Of a stretch of 64,000 nt of DNA, positions 62,149-64,000 are shown in pieces. This stretch comes from an uncultured bacterium (GTDB lineage Bacteria; Actinomycetota; Acidimicrobiia; Spongiisociales; UBA5794), in the NCBI GenBank assembly GCA_963801165.1, contig CAWDDT010000004.1, forward strand, positions 800,001 through 864,000, in the 5' to 3' direction. The notes beneath the pieces are model-generated. The model ran no database searches, was not told the origin of the DNA, and saw nothing but the letters and a program-made list of their open reading frames with translations. The first letter of the stretch is position 1; each line of letters begins with the position of its first letter. Both the position numbers and the translations under genes were made by a program.

Positions 62149-62772
62149 TTACTCGGGTCGGAGTTGCCACGGCTCGTGCTCGTGTGTAAGCCAGACCCGG
62201 ACGGGATCGAGGGCGCGCACCAGCCGTTGGCCGTCGGTGCTCGGCTCGTCGAGCTCCCCGAACCACACTGCGACATCACCACCGACGACGACCGGGCGCC
62301 CACCAGTGTCGACGACGACGATCTGCGTGCCGCGTGTGTGGCCCGGTGCTGGGACGAGGCGGACCCCGGGGAGCAGCTCGAGTTCGCCGTCGACCGGGAT
62401 GTACTGCACGCCGCGCGCATCGACCCATTCACGGATGGTGTACCCCTCCTCGCTGTGCGCGTCGTCGAGCTCCCTACGCTGGACGTAGATCGGCTTGCCG
62501 GTGAAGAGGTGGTTGCCGCCGCAATGGTCGAAGTGAAGGTGCGTGTTGACAACGAGGTCGACGCTGCCGAGATCGAAGTCCTGCTGGCTCAGCGGACGGA
62601 TACGGGGATCAAGGTCGGCCACAGCCGGGTGCAGTTCCGTGAGGCCGGTGTCGACGAGCACGCGAGCGTCGGGATGATCGATGATGTGCACGTAGATGGG
62701 TAGCCGCTCGCTCTCTGCCAGCAGGTCGCCGACGAAGATCGGTGTGACGGTGATCGAGGCGGGAGCGTTCAT
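62149..62772 (-). CDS. N-acyl-homoserine-lactonase-like MBL hydrolase
   Basis: LVDTG, THLHFDHCGGN, PGHT.G, GGD. Confidence 0.85.
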   Translation of the reverse strand: MNAPASITVTPIFVGDLLAESERLPIYVHIIDHPDARVLVDTGLTELHPAVADLDPRIRPLSQQDFDLGSVDLVVNTHLHFDHCGGNHLFTGKPIYVQRRELDDAHSEEGYTIREWVDARGVQYIPVDGELELLPGVRLVPAPGHTRGTQIVVVDTGGRPVVVGGDVAVWFGELDEPSTDGQRLVRALDPVRVWLTHEHEPWQLRPE

Positions 62773-62883
62773 GGTGTCTCGGCCACCGCATTCGCAACGT
62801 GACGCACGATGGCCTCGTTTGCGTGTTCGTGGCTGGAGTGTGGGTTAGTGGTCATCGGAGGATGGGAGCCTCTGCGTTTCGGG

Positions 62884-63422
62884 TCAGTTGAGTAGCTCTG
62901 CGGGGTGGAAGCTGACCTGTGTCGGTCCGACGTCGAGTGTCACTGACGTGCCCGGGCCGTGACGCCCCTTCTCGACGAGGACGCCGTTGGTGAGCTGGTA
63001 TACGATGACCTCGGGTCCGTCGGGGTCGATGATCCAGTAGCGCTGGAGCCCGGCGGCTGCGTATTTGGCGGCTTGCGGATGATGTCCCGCGCCGGGTCAG
63101 ATGACAGGATCTCGACCACGAGGTGTGGTGTCCCCGAATGGCGGGTCTGCTCGGGGGAGTCGTCGTGGACCGTCACATCGGGTACGAACTCGTCGTTGCC
63201 GGGTTTCCATCCCCAGCCCTCGACGACACGTGCCGGAGCGGTTAATGCCGTCTTCAGAATGATGGCGAGATTGAGCGATATGTCCTGGTGTCGATGGGTA
63301 GGTGACGGGCTCATGACGAGACTCCCGTCGATGTATTCGCCACGCACATTGGGGCTGAGTGCTGCGTATTCGTCCCAGGACATGGGGATACGGTCGCCGG
63401 GCTGCATGGTCTCGGTAGCCAT
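62884..63422 (-). CDS. Uma2 family endonuclease, copy 6 (1-nt deletion near 63073)
   Basis: 539 bp; restoring one base gives [17 protein letters not shown]...HPAELLN*. Confidence 0.85.
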
Positions 63423-63584
63423 GTCATACACAATAGACCTCCCTCGTCCCCCGCGGCGGGGCCTCTCGAGCATCATCCCTGCCAAGGGAAACTGCGCTCG
63501 GTGGCCCCTCCACGGCGGAGCCTCGCGATGATGATGACGCAGGGCTGTGATACGCCGCGTGGCCTATAGACCGGGGGTCGTCTT

Positions 63585-63632
63585 TCCTCTCCCTTTGGGA
63601 GAGGACGCGAGCGAAGCGAAGCAGGTGAGGGC
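63585..63632. repeat. single REP-like element upstream of Uma2 copy 6
   Basis: TCCTCTCCCTTTGGGAGAGGACGCGAGCGAAGCGAAGCAGGTGAGGGC. Confidence 0.85.
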
Positions 63633-63876
63633 ATCAGCACTGGCCACCAGGAGGAGAATGACCCGGACAAAAGAGGCCGACAACCCGGCAGGGAGGAGCC
63701 GGCCATCGCCCCGGCGAGTCTCCCCGGCGTAGGGGCCCGGACCGGAAATGGCTGCCAGGCCCTCTTGCGTCGGCCATGATGCCGGCAACTTCGGGGATGG
63801 AGAGGGAGAGATGGGCCAGCAAGCAGGCACGATCGTTTGGCGACGCCGCGACGACGATGCGACGCACCAACAGAGG

Positions 63877-64000
63877 ATGCAGCGCTTCTGGATGTTCTAT
63901 GCGGCGCCGGTGGCGCTGCTCATCGTAATTGTGGCCGTCCTGGCCGACGTTGGCGTCGCCGCCGGATTGCTGATTCTGCTCGGCGCGATCGGGGCGCTGC
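63877..64000 (+). CDS. possible membrane protein, 3' truncated by window edge
   Basis: ATG then an open hydrophobic frame MQRFWMFYAAPVALLIVIVAVL. Confidence 0.4.
   Translation, partial: MQRFWMFYAAPVALLIVIVAVLADVGVAAGLLILLGAIGAL

Noticed and set aside
17460-63080. Programmed frameshifting or mass pseudogenisation (17470, 19990, 27400, 33.7-36 kb, 37.9-38.9 kb, 48686, 56145, 58300, 63073)
   Set aside because: Those I could reconstruct are single-base losses, several in homopolymers, spread over unrelated genes. Long-read consensus error is the simplest explanation, pending read polishing.

Overview
High-GC bacterial window, probably Actinobacteria. The repeated Cys-containing SLH motif (GCNPPxNxxxCP...TRGQMAAF), F420 enzymes, DUF3039 and a mycobacterial-type LexA box are compatible with Acidimicrobiia (inference). 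Positions 1-47 kb hold housekeeping and envelope genes: ABC, MFS and DMT transporters, GH1 and GH26 hydrolases, five SLH proteins, LexA-controlled dinB, histidine kinases, a membrane-anchored CHAT protease, an SPFH-RHH pair and a STAND-LuxR regulator. Positions 47-64 kb are the unusual part. Six co-oriented Uma2 (DUF820) nuclease copies, four full-length and two 5'-truncated, have constant ends and mosaic cores. Between them lie a recC-recB-recD operon, AbiEi/AbiEii and MazEF toxin-antitoxin modules, and a lactonase-like gene. All three rec genes carry arrays of REP-like palindromes inside their coding sequences. Where unit periods can be measured (recC, recD) they are multiples of 3, and the same palindromes also occur between genes. 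Many single-base frameshifts, several in homopolymers, suggest long-read consensus errors, so pseudogene calls are tentative. No rRNA, tRNA, CRISPR array, transposase or integrase was recognised. All family assignments come from reading motifs by eye; no database search was run.
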